Shown: piece by piece, positions 52,401 to 64,000 of the stretch | How the letters are laid out: each line of letters begins with the position of its first letter | Numbering within the stretch: position 1 is the stretch's first letter | Assembly: GCF_009914755.1 (NCBI RefSeq) | Contig: NC_060931.1 | Strand: one strand, 5' to 3' | Source of the DNA: the human T2T-CHM13v2.0 reference genome, Homo sapiens | DNA: 64,000 nt | Notes under the pieces: model-generated | What the model was told of the DNA's origin: nothing | Seen by the model: only the letters and a program-made list of their open reading frames with translations | Databases searched by the model: none | Made by a program: the position numbers and the translations under genes

Positions 52401-53991
52401 TTGTGTGTCACTGGAGGCATATGGGGCAATGGCAAAATAAACGGTGGTGTTCAGGCTTGTGCCTGGTGGAAGGGGGAACAAGTTACTTTTCATCAATGCC
52501 AAAGAATATCAAAGTACACCTGGGAACCAGGAGGGGGCCCGTGCCTGACCTAAGCCCCATTTTGAAATGCCTGCCCAAGGAGCAAAGAGTTTCTGCAAAA
52601 TTCACCCCACCTCCAACCCTCCACCGCCCAGGTAGCCCTTAGTCCACCTCCCCTGCACCGAGCCCCAGTCCTGGAAACCAGCAGCCCTGGAAGCCGTGGA
52701 AACCGTGGAACAACTGGAAACCACCGCCAAGGGCATAAGCGGAGGTGTGCCAAACGGGTGACTTGTCCTGAGAGGCCTGCTTTCCATTGACAGGCATCCT
52801 TGTTGTGTCCCGTTTTTAGCTTCTTCTTGAAGATTGTTTCGTAGCGTGGCTTCATTTCTCAGAGAAGAGCCGTGAGGAGAAAAACCATCTCCTTTCACAT
52901 TGGTCCCTCCCCTCTTGGAAAACAGTGAGCTCCTTGTTGCTTTTTTTTTTTTTTTTTTTTTGGTTGGAGTGTGGTCATCTTGATTCTAGAAAAGAGGTAG
53001 CTCAGTATCGGGATGAAATTTCAGTTTCTCTGAGACCGACGCTTTTCACATTGTCGAGGTCTTCAGAAAGCCAAAGTGGAACCGCCGCTGAAATGATTGA
53101 CAACCGCCCACATGACCCAGGCAGAGACGCAGACAGGGGTTCACTAAAGACACGCTGACATGCAAGAGATCGCTTTGTAGTGCACTGGGCACAGAAACAC
53201 ACACGCACACGGGCACGCACACACAGAGAGACAGAGAAAGTGAGAGAAACAGACAGAGAGTGAGTGACAGAGAGAGAAGAGAGAATGGGAGACACACGCA
53301 CCAGACATACAGCAGAGTCAGAGGGACACCCCCCCCCAAGGCAATCACTGAGGCTGCGGGTTTCTGCTCTTTGGGAGAATGACCCTCGGGTCAGAGAGTA
53401 GTCCTTGGGCACACAAGCAGACCTGTCCTCGAGATCACGAGGGGCACGACTTTGGTGGACTCACGCAAACACCGTAATGGCAGCTCTGAGGCTGGGATGC
53501 CACACTGCTTTCCCCGGACTCCGTCTGCTGTTTCTGCATCCTGGTAGCCCCTCCGTGTAGCATAGTGTCCAGAATCTGTTTTGTCGACCCCCTGGATTGG
53601 TCAGGCTGGAGCCTCGACACCGACGCACTGCCACAGAGGGCTCCTGCTTTGTCAAGGCTCAGGGAATCGTCCTCAGCCAACCGTTGGAGTCAGCATCACA
53701 GGAGAATGGGCTCATGCCTCCTGCATGCACATTGCCCAGGCCGACTCCTGCTTTCCTCTTCAAACTCCGGCTGTGGCCCCTTTAAACAGGTTCGGCGACA
53801 CGTGGCGGGGGTTCTGTGGCAGTAGCGGTGGTGGCCGGAGCGGGCATGTAGTAGAGGGCGTTATGGGAATGGGGGCTTCTGGTCCTCCAGGGCCGGAACC
53901 CCGGGAGTCCTGTTCTCAGAATCTCCTTGAGCTGACTTCTACCGGTGCAGGGGGACCCCCCCCTTCAAGGCACCAGGTCGGGTCTCTGGAC

Positions 53992-54255
53992 TCACAGGCT
54001 GGCGTGCATTGTGGTGATCAGAGCTCACTGCAGCCTCAATCTCCCAGGCTGAAGCGATTTTCTTGCCTCAGCCTCCCACATACCTGAGACTACAGGCATG
54101 TGCCCCCACACTCAACTACTTTTCTCCAAAAACATTTTTGTACGAATGGGGACTTACTATGTTGCCTGGCTCATGTCAAACTCCTGGGCTCAAACTGTTC
54201 TCCTGTGTTGGCCTCCTCAAGTGCTGAGATTACAGGTGTGAGCTTGCTCCTGCAG
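53992..54255 (-). mobile_element. AluJ-like element lacking its tail, abutting the macrosatellite
   Basis: CAGGCTGGCGTGCATTGTGGTGATC...AAGTGCTGAGATTACAGGTGTGAGC. Confidence 0.85.
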
Positions 54256-55495
54256 CTAAATTCTTATATCTTAAATCCCTACCTCCCACAATAAGCAGAT
54301 GTTAGGCCCACTTATTTTATAACTTTTTGCTGTTTATGTCTCTTTTTGTCCCTGGACACAGGGATTAGCAACCCACTCTCCACCAAATTTCAAATCATTA
54401 GGGGCATTATGTTGTGTCCCAGGAGTGTCTGAGGCATCAAGTACCTGCTGCTTTAACCTAGGCCTGCTGAGGAGTACAATTCACCTTGTGTTTCTGTGTT
54501 GTTTAACAACCTTCCTGAGCTCCTCTAAGTCATTCCATCCTGCCACAACTGGCAAGAATCAAGAAACTCTCCAAGAAAATGTTTCTCAGCCTGCCTGTTG
54601 TCAAGTAGAAGACAGGTCTGCTGACCATGGCAGGCATGGCAGTGCATGACAGTGAGCGCCACCCACCGTGTTTGCTATTCACTGCATGTTCCACCTGAAC
54701 TTTCCCATCTGCTCGGTGAGTCTTGACAGTGGGGTAAAGGGGACTCACTCTCAAAGACCAAGGCTGACCCTCTCTGAATACAATGCCTTGACCTAGTTAC
54801 TGTCACTGTGGTTTTGTCTTCAGGGACTAAAAAAGATACAATAAGAATTTGTTCCTTTAATTGTCCTGTTGATGAACAAAATACTTAAATGCTTCTACAT
54901 AGGTCTGCTCTTGTGCACCACAGAGCAATAAGGGAAAGTCCCCATAATAAATGTGCTTTTCACCTGAGCTGCTACGTGTGACAGTTAAGCAGCTGAAGGT
55001 TAAAAAAAATCAAAGCTCCCCAAATATGGGTATGACAGCTGATCCAACCTCACCATCTGTACTTTCCCTCTGTAACAGCATGGATAAATACAGAGATAAC
55101 TAGCAACTGATACCCTAGTGTGCCAAGCAATCGAAGTATCTGTGTGATTAAAAACCAGCATTTAACCATACTCTAGATACACTAAATATCAACCCCACAC
55201 TCATAGCCTGTAATTCCATTTTGCTTCCAGATGGCAGTTACAATTGGAAAGGAAATAGCTAGTTTACAGGAGGCATTAATACTTTATTGTTGCAGAAACT
55301 AAACCCTTAAAAGAATGTATCCTGGACTTTCTGACCTGGATACTAACAAACAGTGAAAAATACGTATCTAAGAATACACTTGGAACAGAAATGTGAAAAA
55401 CCAAAAGTAAGAGATATTACAAAGGATCAAATATAAAACGACGCAGTGCTAAAGAGGCAACAAAGAAAATTGTAGAAGAAAATGACAAGAGGCAT

Positions 55496-55882
55496 TATGC
55501 CTTAATGAATTTGTGCTACTGTATAAGAAAATACAATAGACTGGGTAATTTCTGAAGAACAGAAATGTATTTCTCACAGTTCCATAGGCTAGAAGTCCAA
55601 GATCAAGGTGCCAGCAGGATTGGTGTCTGCTGAGGGCCTGGTCTCTGCATCCAAGATGGTATCTTGTGCACTGTGTCTTCAGGAGGAAATGCACTGTGTC
55701 CTCACATGGCAGAAGGTGGAAGGGCAAAACAGGGGAAGCCCACTCCCTCCAGTCCTTGTGTAAGGACCCTAAACCCATTTGTGAAGGAACTCTCTTCATG
55801 AATGAATCATTACCTAAGGGCCCTACTTCCTAATCCTATAACATTGTGATTAATTTTAGGGGAACACATTCAGAACATAGCA
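55496..55882 (-). mobile_element. MaLR solo LTR (MST/MLT1A type)
   Basis: AGACTGGGTAATTT...TTTCTCACAGTTC...AAGTCCAAGATCAAGGTGCCAGCAG...ACATTCAGAACATAGCA. Confidence 0.88.
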
Positions 55883-56565
55883 CTCTATATTCAATTTTTT
55901 AAAAATTATTTTTCTCTTTTGCTTTTCTGTTTTTCAAATGGCTTAAAGTGCACAAAATTTGATTAATCATATTCCTTGACTCATAGCATACCTTGGCTCC
56001 TATTTCATCCTTGTCTGTGCCTGGGCCTCTATGCAAATGTATCTGAATGTATTTGAATAATATGGTAATCACTTGTGAACCCACAACACAACCCAAGAAC
56101 TAGGGTTCTGACCCTAACATCTGCTCCTCCTCTGTCTTTTTTCCTGATTTACACCCTTCAGCCCCAGGGTAACTACTACCCTGAATTTATGTTTAGGATT
56201 CCCTGCCTTTAAAAAAAATTGTTTTATTGCATATATATGACTGCCCTAAATGACATATTATTTAGTTTTTTAAGGGTATAATTTATTTACCCATTCTCCT
56301 ATTAATGAACATCTGGCTTGTTTCCATATATTTGCTGTTATGAATGGCATTACATGAGCATTTATTTTTTTACTACTTCTGGTACATGCGGGCAAGAGTT
56401 TCTCCAGGGCCTATGGTAGAGAAATTAGTTTGCCATAACATATGAGAATGCTCAACTTTATAAGATAATCCAAATTGTTTTCCAAAGTGGTTGTTCTAAT
56501 TTAAACTCTCACCTCCTGTATTAGTTCGAGATGATCTTGTTGATCCACAGTCTCTCCATATTTGG

Positions 56566-58894
56566 TGATATGGTTTGGCTGTGTCCCCACTCAAATCTCA
56601 GCTTGAATTCTATTTCCCAGAATACCCACATGTTGTGGCAGGGACCCAGGGTGAGGTAACTGAATGATGGAGGCCAGTGTTTCCTGTGCTATTCTCATGA
56701 TAGTGAATAAGCCTCGTGAGATCTGATGGGTTTATCAGGGGTTTCTGCTTTGGCTTCCTCCTCATTTTCTCTTGCTGCTGCCATTTAAGAAGTCCCTTTC
56801 ACTTCCTACCATGACTCTGAGGCCTCCCCCACCATGTGGGACTGTAAATCCGATTACAGTTCTTTTTCTTTACACCTCTTTTTCTTCTCAGACTTGGGTA
56901 TGTCTTTATCAGCAGTGTGAAAATAGACTAATACAGTAAATTGATACGAGTGGTGTGGGGTGCTGCTGAAAAGATACCCAAAAATGTGGAAGCGACTTTG
57001 AAACTTGGTAACAGGCAGAAGTTGGAAGAGTTTGGAGGGCTCAGAAAAAGACTGGAAAAGATGGGAAATTTTGGAACCTCCTAGAGACTTGTTGAATGGC
57101 TTTGACAAAAATGCTGATAGTGTTTTGAACAATAAGGTCCAGGCTGAGGTGGTCTCAGATGGAGATGAGGGACTTGTTGGGACCTGGAGCAAAGGTGACT
57201 CTTGTTATGTTTTAGCAAAAAGAATGGCAGCATTTTGCCCCTGCCCTAGTGATTTGTGGAACTTTGAACTTCAGAGAGATGATTTAGGTTATCTGCTGGA
57301 AGAAATTTCTAAGCAGTAAAGCATTCAAGAGGTGACTTGGGTGATGCTAAAGGAATTCGGTTTCATAAAGGAAGCAGAGCATACAAGTTTGGAAAATTTG
57401 CAGGCTGACAATGTGATAGAGAAGAAAATCCCACTTTCTGAGGATAAATTAGAGCAGTCTGCAGAAATTTGCATAAGTAACGAGAAGCTGAATGTTAATC
57501 CCCAAAACAATGGGGAAATTTCTACGGGACATGTCACAGGTTATCACAGCAGCCCCTCCCATCACAAGCCCAGAGGCCTAGGAGGAAAAAATGGTTTTCT
57601 GGGCTGGGCACAGGTTGACTGTTCTGGGTGCAGCCTAGGGCCTTGGTTCTCTGCGTTTCAGCCCTTCCAGCCATGGCTGAAAGGGGCCAACATAGAACTC
57701 AGGCCATGGCCTTGAGAGTGCAAACACCAAGCCTTGGCAGCTTCCTCGTGGTGTTGAGCCTGCACATGCATAGAAGTCAAGAATTGAGGTTTGGAGACCC
57801 CCACCTAGATTTCAGAGGATGTATTAAAATACCGGGATGTCCAAGCAGAAGCTTGCTGCAGGGGTGGGGCTCTGATGGAGAACCTCTGCTGGGGCTGTGC
57901 AGAAAGGAAATGTGGGGTTGGAGCCCCTACACAGAGTCCCTACTGGGGCACTTCCTAGTGGAGCTTTGAGGAGAGGGCCACTCTCCTCCAGGCCCCAGAA
58001 TGGTAGATTCACTGATGGCTTGCACTGTGAGCCTGGAAAAGCTGCAGTCACTCAACATCAGCCCATGAAACCAGCCAGGAGGTGGGCTATACCCTGCAAA
58101 GCCACAGGGACAGAACTACCCAAGGCTGTGGGAGCCCACTTCTTGCATCAGCATGATCTTGATGTGAAACATGAAGTCAATGGAGATCATTTTGGAGCTT
58201 TAAAATTTGACTACCTTGCTGGATTTCAGACTTGCATGGGACCTGTAACCCCTTTGTTTTGGCCAATTTCTCCCATTTGGAACAGCTGCATTTACTCAAT
58301 TATCTGTACCCCCACTGTATCTAGGAAGTAACTAGCTTGATTTGGATTTTACAGGGTCATAGGCAGAAGAGACTTGCCTTGTCTCAGATGAGACTTTGGA
58401 CAGTGGACATTTGGGTTAATGCTGAAATGAGTTAAGATTTTGGGGGACTGTTGGGAAGGCATAATACGTTTTGAAATGTGAGGACATGAGATTTGGAGAG
58501 GACATGAGATTTGGAGGGGCCAGAAGTGGAAAAATATGGTTTGACTGTGTCCCTACCCACACCACAACTTGAATTGTGTTGCTCAGAATTCCCACATGTT
58601 CGGGGAGGGAACCAGGGGGAGGTAGTTGAATCTTTGGGGCCGGTCTTTCCCATGCTATTCTTGTGATAGTGAATAAATCTCACAAGATCTGATGGGTTTA
58701 TCAGTGGTTTCATCTTTTGCTTCTTTTGCCTCCTTCTCATATTCTCTTGCCACTGCCATGTAAGAAGTGCTGTTCACCCACCGCCATAACTCTGAGGCCT
58801 CCTCAACCATGTGGATCCCTAAATACAATTAACCCTCTTTTTCTTCCCTGTCTCAGGTATGTCTTTATCAGCAGTGTGAATGTGAACCAATACA
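56566..58894 (+). mobile_element. Full-length THE1 (THE1A-like) MaLR: LTR 56566-56935, internal region, LTR ~58532-58894, inserted in an old antisense L1
   Basis: TGATATGGTTTGGCTGTGTCCC...AATACA LTRs; TTTGG TSD at 56561-56565 and 58895-58899; L1 sequence continues on both sides. Confidence 0.95.
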
Positions 58895-59193
58895 TTTGGT
58901 ATTGTCAAACTTCTTAATAATTGTGGGGAGAATAGATGTGTAGTGTCTTGGGCATTTTCCTGATTACTAATGAGGTTGAGAAATTTTTTACATTTTGCGG
59001 GCTTTCTCTTTTGTGAAATCCCTATTGATGTATTTTCCCAATTTTCTGTTGGGTTGCTATTTTTAAAATTAATTCATTGCAGTTCCTTATACTTAGTTGA
59101 TAAGATGTTAATATTTCATAGGTTTTAGGTACTGCAAATATCTTCTAATTTATAGTTTACTTTTCACTTTTTTACTTTCATTTTTTAATTTCT

Positions 59194-59458
59194 ATTTTTT
59201 TTTTGAGACAGAGTCTAGCTCTGTTATTCAGGCTGGAGTGCAGTGGCTTATTGAAACCTCCACCTCCCGGGCTCAGATGATTCTTGTGCCTCAGCTTCCT
59301 AAGTAGCTGGGATTACAGGTGTCTGCCACTAATGCCAAGCTAATTTCTTGTATTTTTAGTAGAGACAGGGTTTCACCATGTTGGCCAGCCTGGTCTCAAA
59401 CTCCTAACCTCAGGTGATGTACTGTTGGGATTACAGGCTTGAGACACTGTGCCCAGCC
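59194..59458 (-). mobile_element. AluS element with internal deletions
   Basis: Both arms recognisable. Confidence 0.9.
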
Positions 59459-59937
59459 TATCTTTCCACTTTCTGATGTAAAAAGTTCTTAATTTTGTGA
59501 GCGTCAATATGTCTAATCTTTTTTAATGGTTAAATGGCTTTTTGTGTCTTATTCACTTACATTTTCTACTAAAAGTTTTAAAGTTTTGTTTCTGACATGT
59601 AAGTCTTTGGTCCTTTGGAATTTAATGTTTGTATATAGAATGAAGTAAGAATATAATTTCATTTTGTTTCCTATATCAATAACCATTATTTTTCTATTCT
59701 ATTTATTGAAAAGTCCTTTCTTTCCTTGCTGATCTGCCATGTCAACTACATCACATATCAAAGATTAAATTTGTGGAGATTTGTTTGGGAACTCTCTGTT
59801 CTGTTTCATCAGTCAGTTTATCAGTGAAGACCACACTGTCTTAATTGCTGTAGCTTTATAAAATTCTGATATTTGCCAGCACAAATCTTTCCTCTTCTTC
59901 AATAAGGTCTTTGATATTCTTGGCCCCTTCCCTTTTC

Positions 59938-60230
59938 CATATACATATACATATATATGATATATTTCATATATATGATATATATTATACATCATATATT
60001 TATATATGATGTATAATATATATCATTTATATTTATATATGATATATATTATATATCATTTATATTTATATATGATATATATTATATATCACTTATATTT
60101 ATATATATGATATATATATTATGTATCATTTATATTTATTTATATGATATATATTATATATCATTTGTATTTATTTATATGATATATATCATATATATAT
60201 TTTATATATATATATAAATATTTATATATA
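59938..60230. repeat. AT-rich minisatellite of ~31-35-bp units, each with an internal palindrome
   Basis: Recurring TGATATATATTATATATCA plus TTTATATT spacer. Confidence 0.92.
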
Positions 60231-60525
60231 GAGAGAGACAGGGTCTCACTTTGTTGCCCAGGCTTGAGGACTGGTGCAATCGTAGCTCACTGCAGACTTG
60301 AACTCCTGGGCTCAAGAACTCCTCCTACCTCAGCCTCCCAAGTAACTGGGACTCTAAGGCATGCATCACCTCATTCAGCTAATTTTTAAAAAATTATTAT
60401 TTTTTGTAACGATGGGGATCTTGCTGTGCTGCCCAGGCTGGTCTCAAACTTTTGGCCTCAAGCAATCCTCCCACCTCAAGCTCCCGAAGTGCTGGGATCA
60501 CAAGAGTGAGCCAGCACACCTGGCT
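60231..60525 (-). mobile_element. AluJ element
   Basis: GAGACAGGGTCTCACTTTGTTGCCCAGG, AACTCCTGGGCTCAAG. Confidence 0.9.
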
Positions 60526-61491
60526 CCATTTTCCATATTTTAAGACCATTTTTTAAAAGCTGCTCAAGACTGCTTTTTTCTCTTGGTGTTACTTGCAACC
60601 CCCTTACTTAGCCTTGGAAATACTGTTAGTGAAGAAAATCTAAAGAGTCAAAAAATAAAATATTATTTCTTTTCTTCCAATTGCAAAAGAGCAGACACCT
60701 TCCTGAATCATAAAGCTAGTTTTGATAAATTGGTGAACTGAGAGCATACACAGTATTATTAATTCTGTTCTAATTTCTGCTTCACTGTGGAGTGTCTTCA
60801 CAGAGTCTTAAAAGATTATTGCTATGAAATATTCTTATACATGTAACACATAACCTCCATAATTCTGCAGTTGTACTTGGCTGTCTTACCTAATAATCAA
60901 TTGCTTTGCTTCATAATATTTAAATTGGCATCTTTGTTTTCCAAAATGCATAAATACTAGAATAGATTTTTAGTTAAGCCAGAAGAAAGCAGACTTTATT
61001 TACTAACATAACTTATACGTAAAGGTTTAATAAGTCTCCCTGTTTCTTTTCTTTTGCATCATAACAACCACTGAAAATAATATTTCTATAGCAGTTGGGG
61101 GTAAATGGACAATGACTTTTGTGGCCAGAGGTGAATGGCCCAGAGGCTCCTCCTGCACTCCAGGTCCCACTGAGCCTGCCACACAGCTGAGGGCATCACT
61201 ATTTCCACATACCTATAGTGCATGCTGTCCCAGAGCACAGATCAGATGCTCTCCTTTATTCAAATGGGGAGTTGAGAGTATTGTCATTCTAATTAAATTA
61301 ATAAATACATATTTATACACTGTTAAAATCTGGTTGGATTTGTGTCCCTTCACAAAACAAATTGCTTAAATGAAACCACAGAGTTAACATAAATGAGAAC
61401 ATTTGCTTCTATGATATGCTCTTTTAAATGGAATTAGAATCTAATTTGAAATGTCAATTAAAAGTTTAAATATTCAACTCAATTACATTTA

Positions 61492-61799
<308 letters not shown>

Positions 61800-62018
61800 T
61801 AGATTATTTTACTTTATTTTAGTTACTTATTTTATGACTTTATTGTTATAAAAATGCTAGCTTTCTAAAAAATCAATCAATATAACAAAGAACATAGAAG
61901 ATGATCAACAAGCATTCCCATCTGCATGATCTGGAAATAACTGTCATCAATCCAAAAGCTGACACATGGTGGATCCCTTCACACCAGTTCCCAGTACATA
62001 GTAACCCCTTGCTTGTAG

Positions 62019-62329
<311 letters not shown>

Positions 62330-62545
62330 AATAGAAAACAGTTTTCAATAGCAAACAGTAGCAGTATGCTTGGGGGTTTTAGGATTGATTATTTTCAAAT
62401 CTCTAGAAAAGTTCAATGCATTACCTTAGGCTATAATCCCAGGGCAGAGTCTCATCTGTTAATAGGGGGCTGGTCTAAGGGTCCTTCCAGCTCTCAGATT
62501 AATGGTTTCCCATGTTGAACTGCTCCCTTCCACCCATCCATCCTT

Positions 62546-62690
62546 GGTTTTGTTTGTTTGTTTGTTTTTACAGGACAAGATCGCACTATATTGCCCAGGC
62601 TGGTCTTGAACTCCTGGCCTTAAGTGATCCTCCTGCCTTGGCCTCCCAAAGTGCTGGAGTTACAGATGTGAGCCTCTGTGCTCAGCCCAT
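62546..62690 (-). mobile_element. FLAM/Alu left monomer
   Basis: (TTTG)n tail plus single arm. Confidence 0.85.
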
Positions 62691-63146
62691 CCTTGGCTGT
62701 TCAATTGTGGAGGTAAGTAGTAGATGCTAAGTTTACCTCCAGGTCAGAAGGGACAGATGCCCCAGGGCAGAATCATAACCATAACCAGGCCTCCCAATGC
62801 ATGAAGACATTATGTTCTGAAGCTTAAACCTGGACAAAGTTCTGACCAGTAGCACTGTGTTCATGAATATCGGGTCAAAAATTTAAAACTGGGACTATCC
62901 AGAAGAACCTGGTAGATGCAGGTGCAGTCCACAGTCCAATGGTCAGCCATGAAAACAGGCTACCTGTTCTTTCTCTTTATCATGGAGTCGTTGATGTAAA
63001 AATCGATGACACTTTCTTCCTTCTGGTGTACTTCCCTTTCTTCTTCATTTTCCATAAGTAGTTTCCTCCATCCCACCTCCCAACAGGCCACAGTCAATTC
63101 AGGACATTTTAACCATGAAAATGAGTCTCCATAACACGAATTTAGA

Positions 63147-63451
63147 GGCCAGGCAGGGTGGCTCATGTCTGTAATCCCAGCACTCTGGGAGGCTGAAGTG
63201 GGAGAATGGCTTGAGCTTAGGAATTTGAGACCAGCCTGGGCAACATGGTGAAACCCTGTCTCTAACCAAAAATAAATGAATAAAAAAAAATAAGCCATGT
63301 ATGGTGGTGCATGCTACTAGTCCAGCTACTCAGGAGGCTGAGGTGGGAGGATTGCTTGAGTCAAGGAGGTGAAGTCTGAAGTGGGCCAAGATCATGCCAC
63401 TGCAATCCATCCTGGGCAACAGAGTGAGACCTTATCTCAAGAAAAAAAAAA
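63147..63451 (+). mobile_element. AluJ element
   Basis: GCTTGAGCTTAGGAATTTGAGACCAGCCTGGGCAAC and GGAGGATTGCTTGAG diagnostics. Confidence 0.92.
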
Positions 63452-63457
63452 GGTTTA

Positions 63458-64000
<543 letters not shown>

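Larger units (their letters stand above)
43860..53990. repeat. Diverged GC-rich macrosatellite array, about 5 units of 1.9-2.7 kb, SST1 (NBL2/MER22)/FAM27 type
   Basis: Marker (G)AT(C/T)CTAG(A/C)AA(A/G)GAGG recurs near 44035, 46768, 48662, 51017 and 52982; shared modules GGATCCGGGGTCCAGTTTG, CAGGACCTCCTTGAG and CA/GA tracts. The tandem structure is seen directly; the family name is from memory. Confidence 0.85.

Noticed and set aside
54589-54721. Plus-strand exon ending in a strong GTGAGT donor (…VFAIHCMFHLNFPICS)
   Set aside because: Only the donor supports it; stops lie upstream in frame and I recognise no parent protein.
56854-58331. Several 100-140-aa ORFs
   Set aside because: Fragments of the decayed THE1 internal region.

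Overview
Primate (very probably human or great-ape) genomic DNA with the layout of a pericentromeric segmental-duplication mosaic. I see no intact conventional protein-coding gene. From left to right: (1) 1-~11.9 kb, AT-rich intronic DNA full of Alu and L1, carrying one stop-free NCOR1 exon with both splice sites (8083-8265; unprocessed NCOR1 pseudogene). (2) ~12-22.7 kb, a GC-richer block rich in L2/MIR, with a (GTGAT/GAT)n array and Tigger3. (3) ~22.7-34.6 kb, a 3.2-kb 18-19-bp minisatellite with an internal inversion, a CpG-rich island, L1, MER20B, MER33 and an ERVL integrase fragment. (4) ~34.6-42.4 kb, a second, related (GTGAT)n array and a decayed last exon of BSND (barttin) that keeps its splice acceptor. 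(5) ~43.9-54.0 kb, about five diverged 1.9-2.7-kb units of a GC-rich macrosatellite of the SST1/FAM27 type; each unit carries an NRF1/CCAAT/TATA-like module in a different state of decay, and one has a FAM27D/E-like ORF. (6) 54-64 kb, AT-rich DNA with a full THE1 element (TTTGG target-site duplication), Alus, a palindromic AT array and a Tigger1 fragment. From memory, NCOR1P with BSNDP and FAM27/SST1 points to the chr7p11 or chr20p11 duplicon family, but I cannot confirm the locus without a search. I found no clear new biological system; the best leads are structural and evolutionary. Repeat-family calls are by eye from remembered consensus sequences, and their boundaries are approximate.
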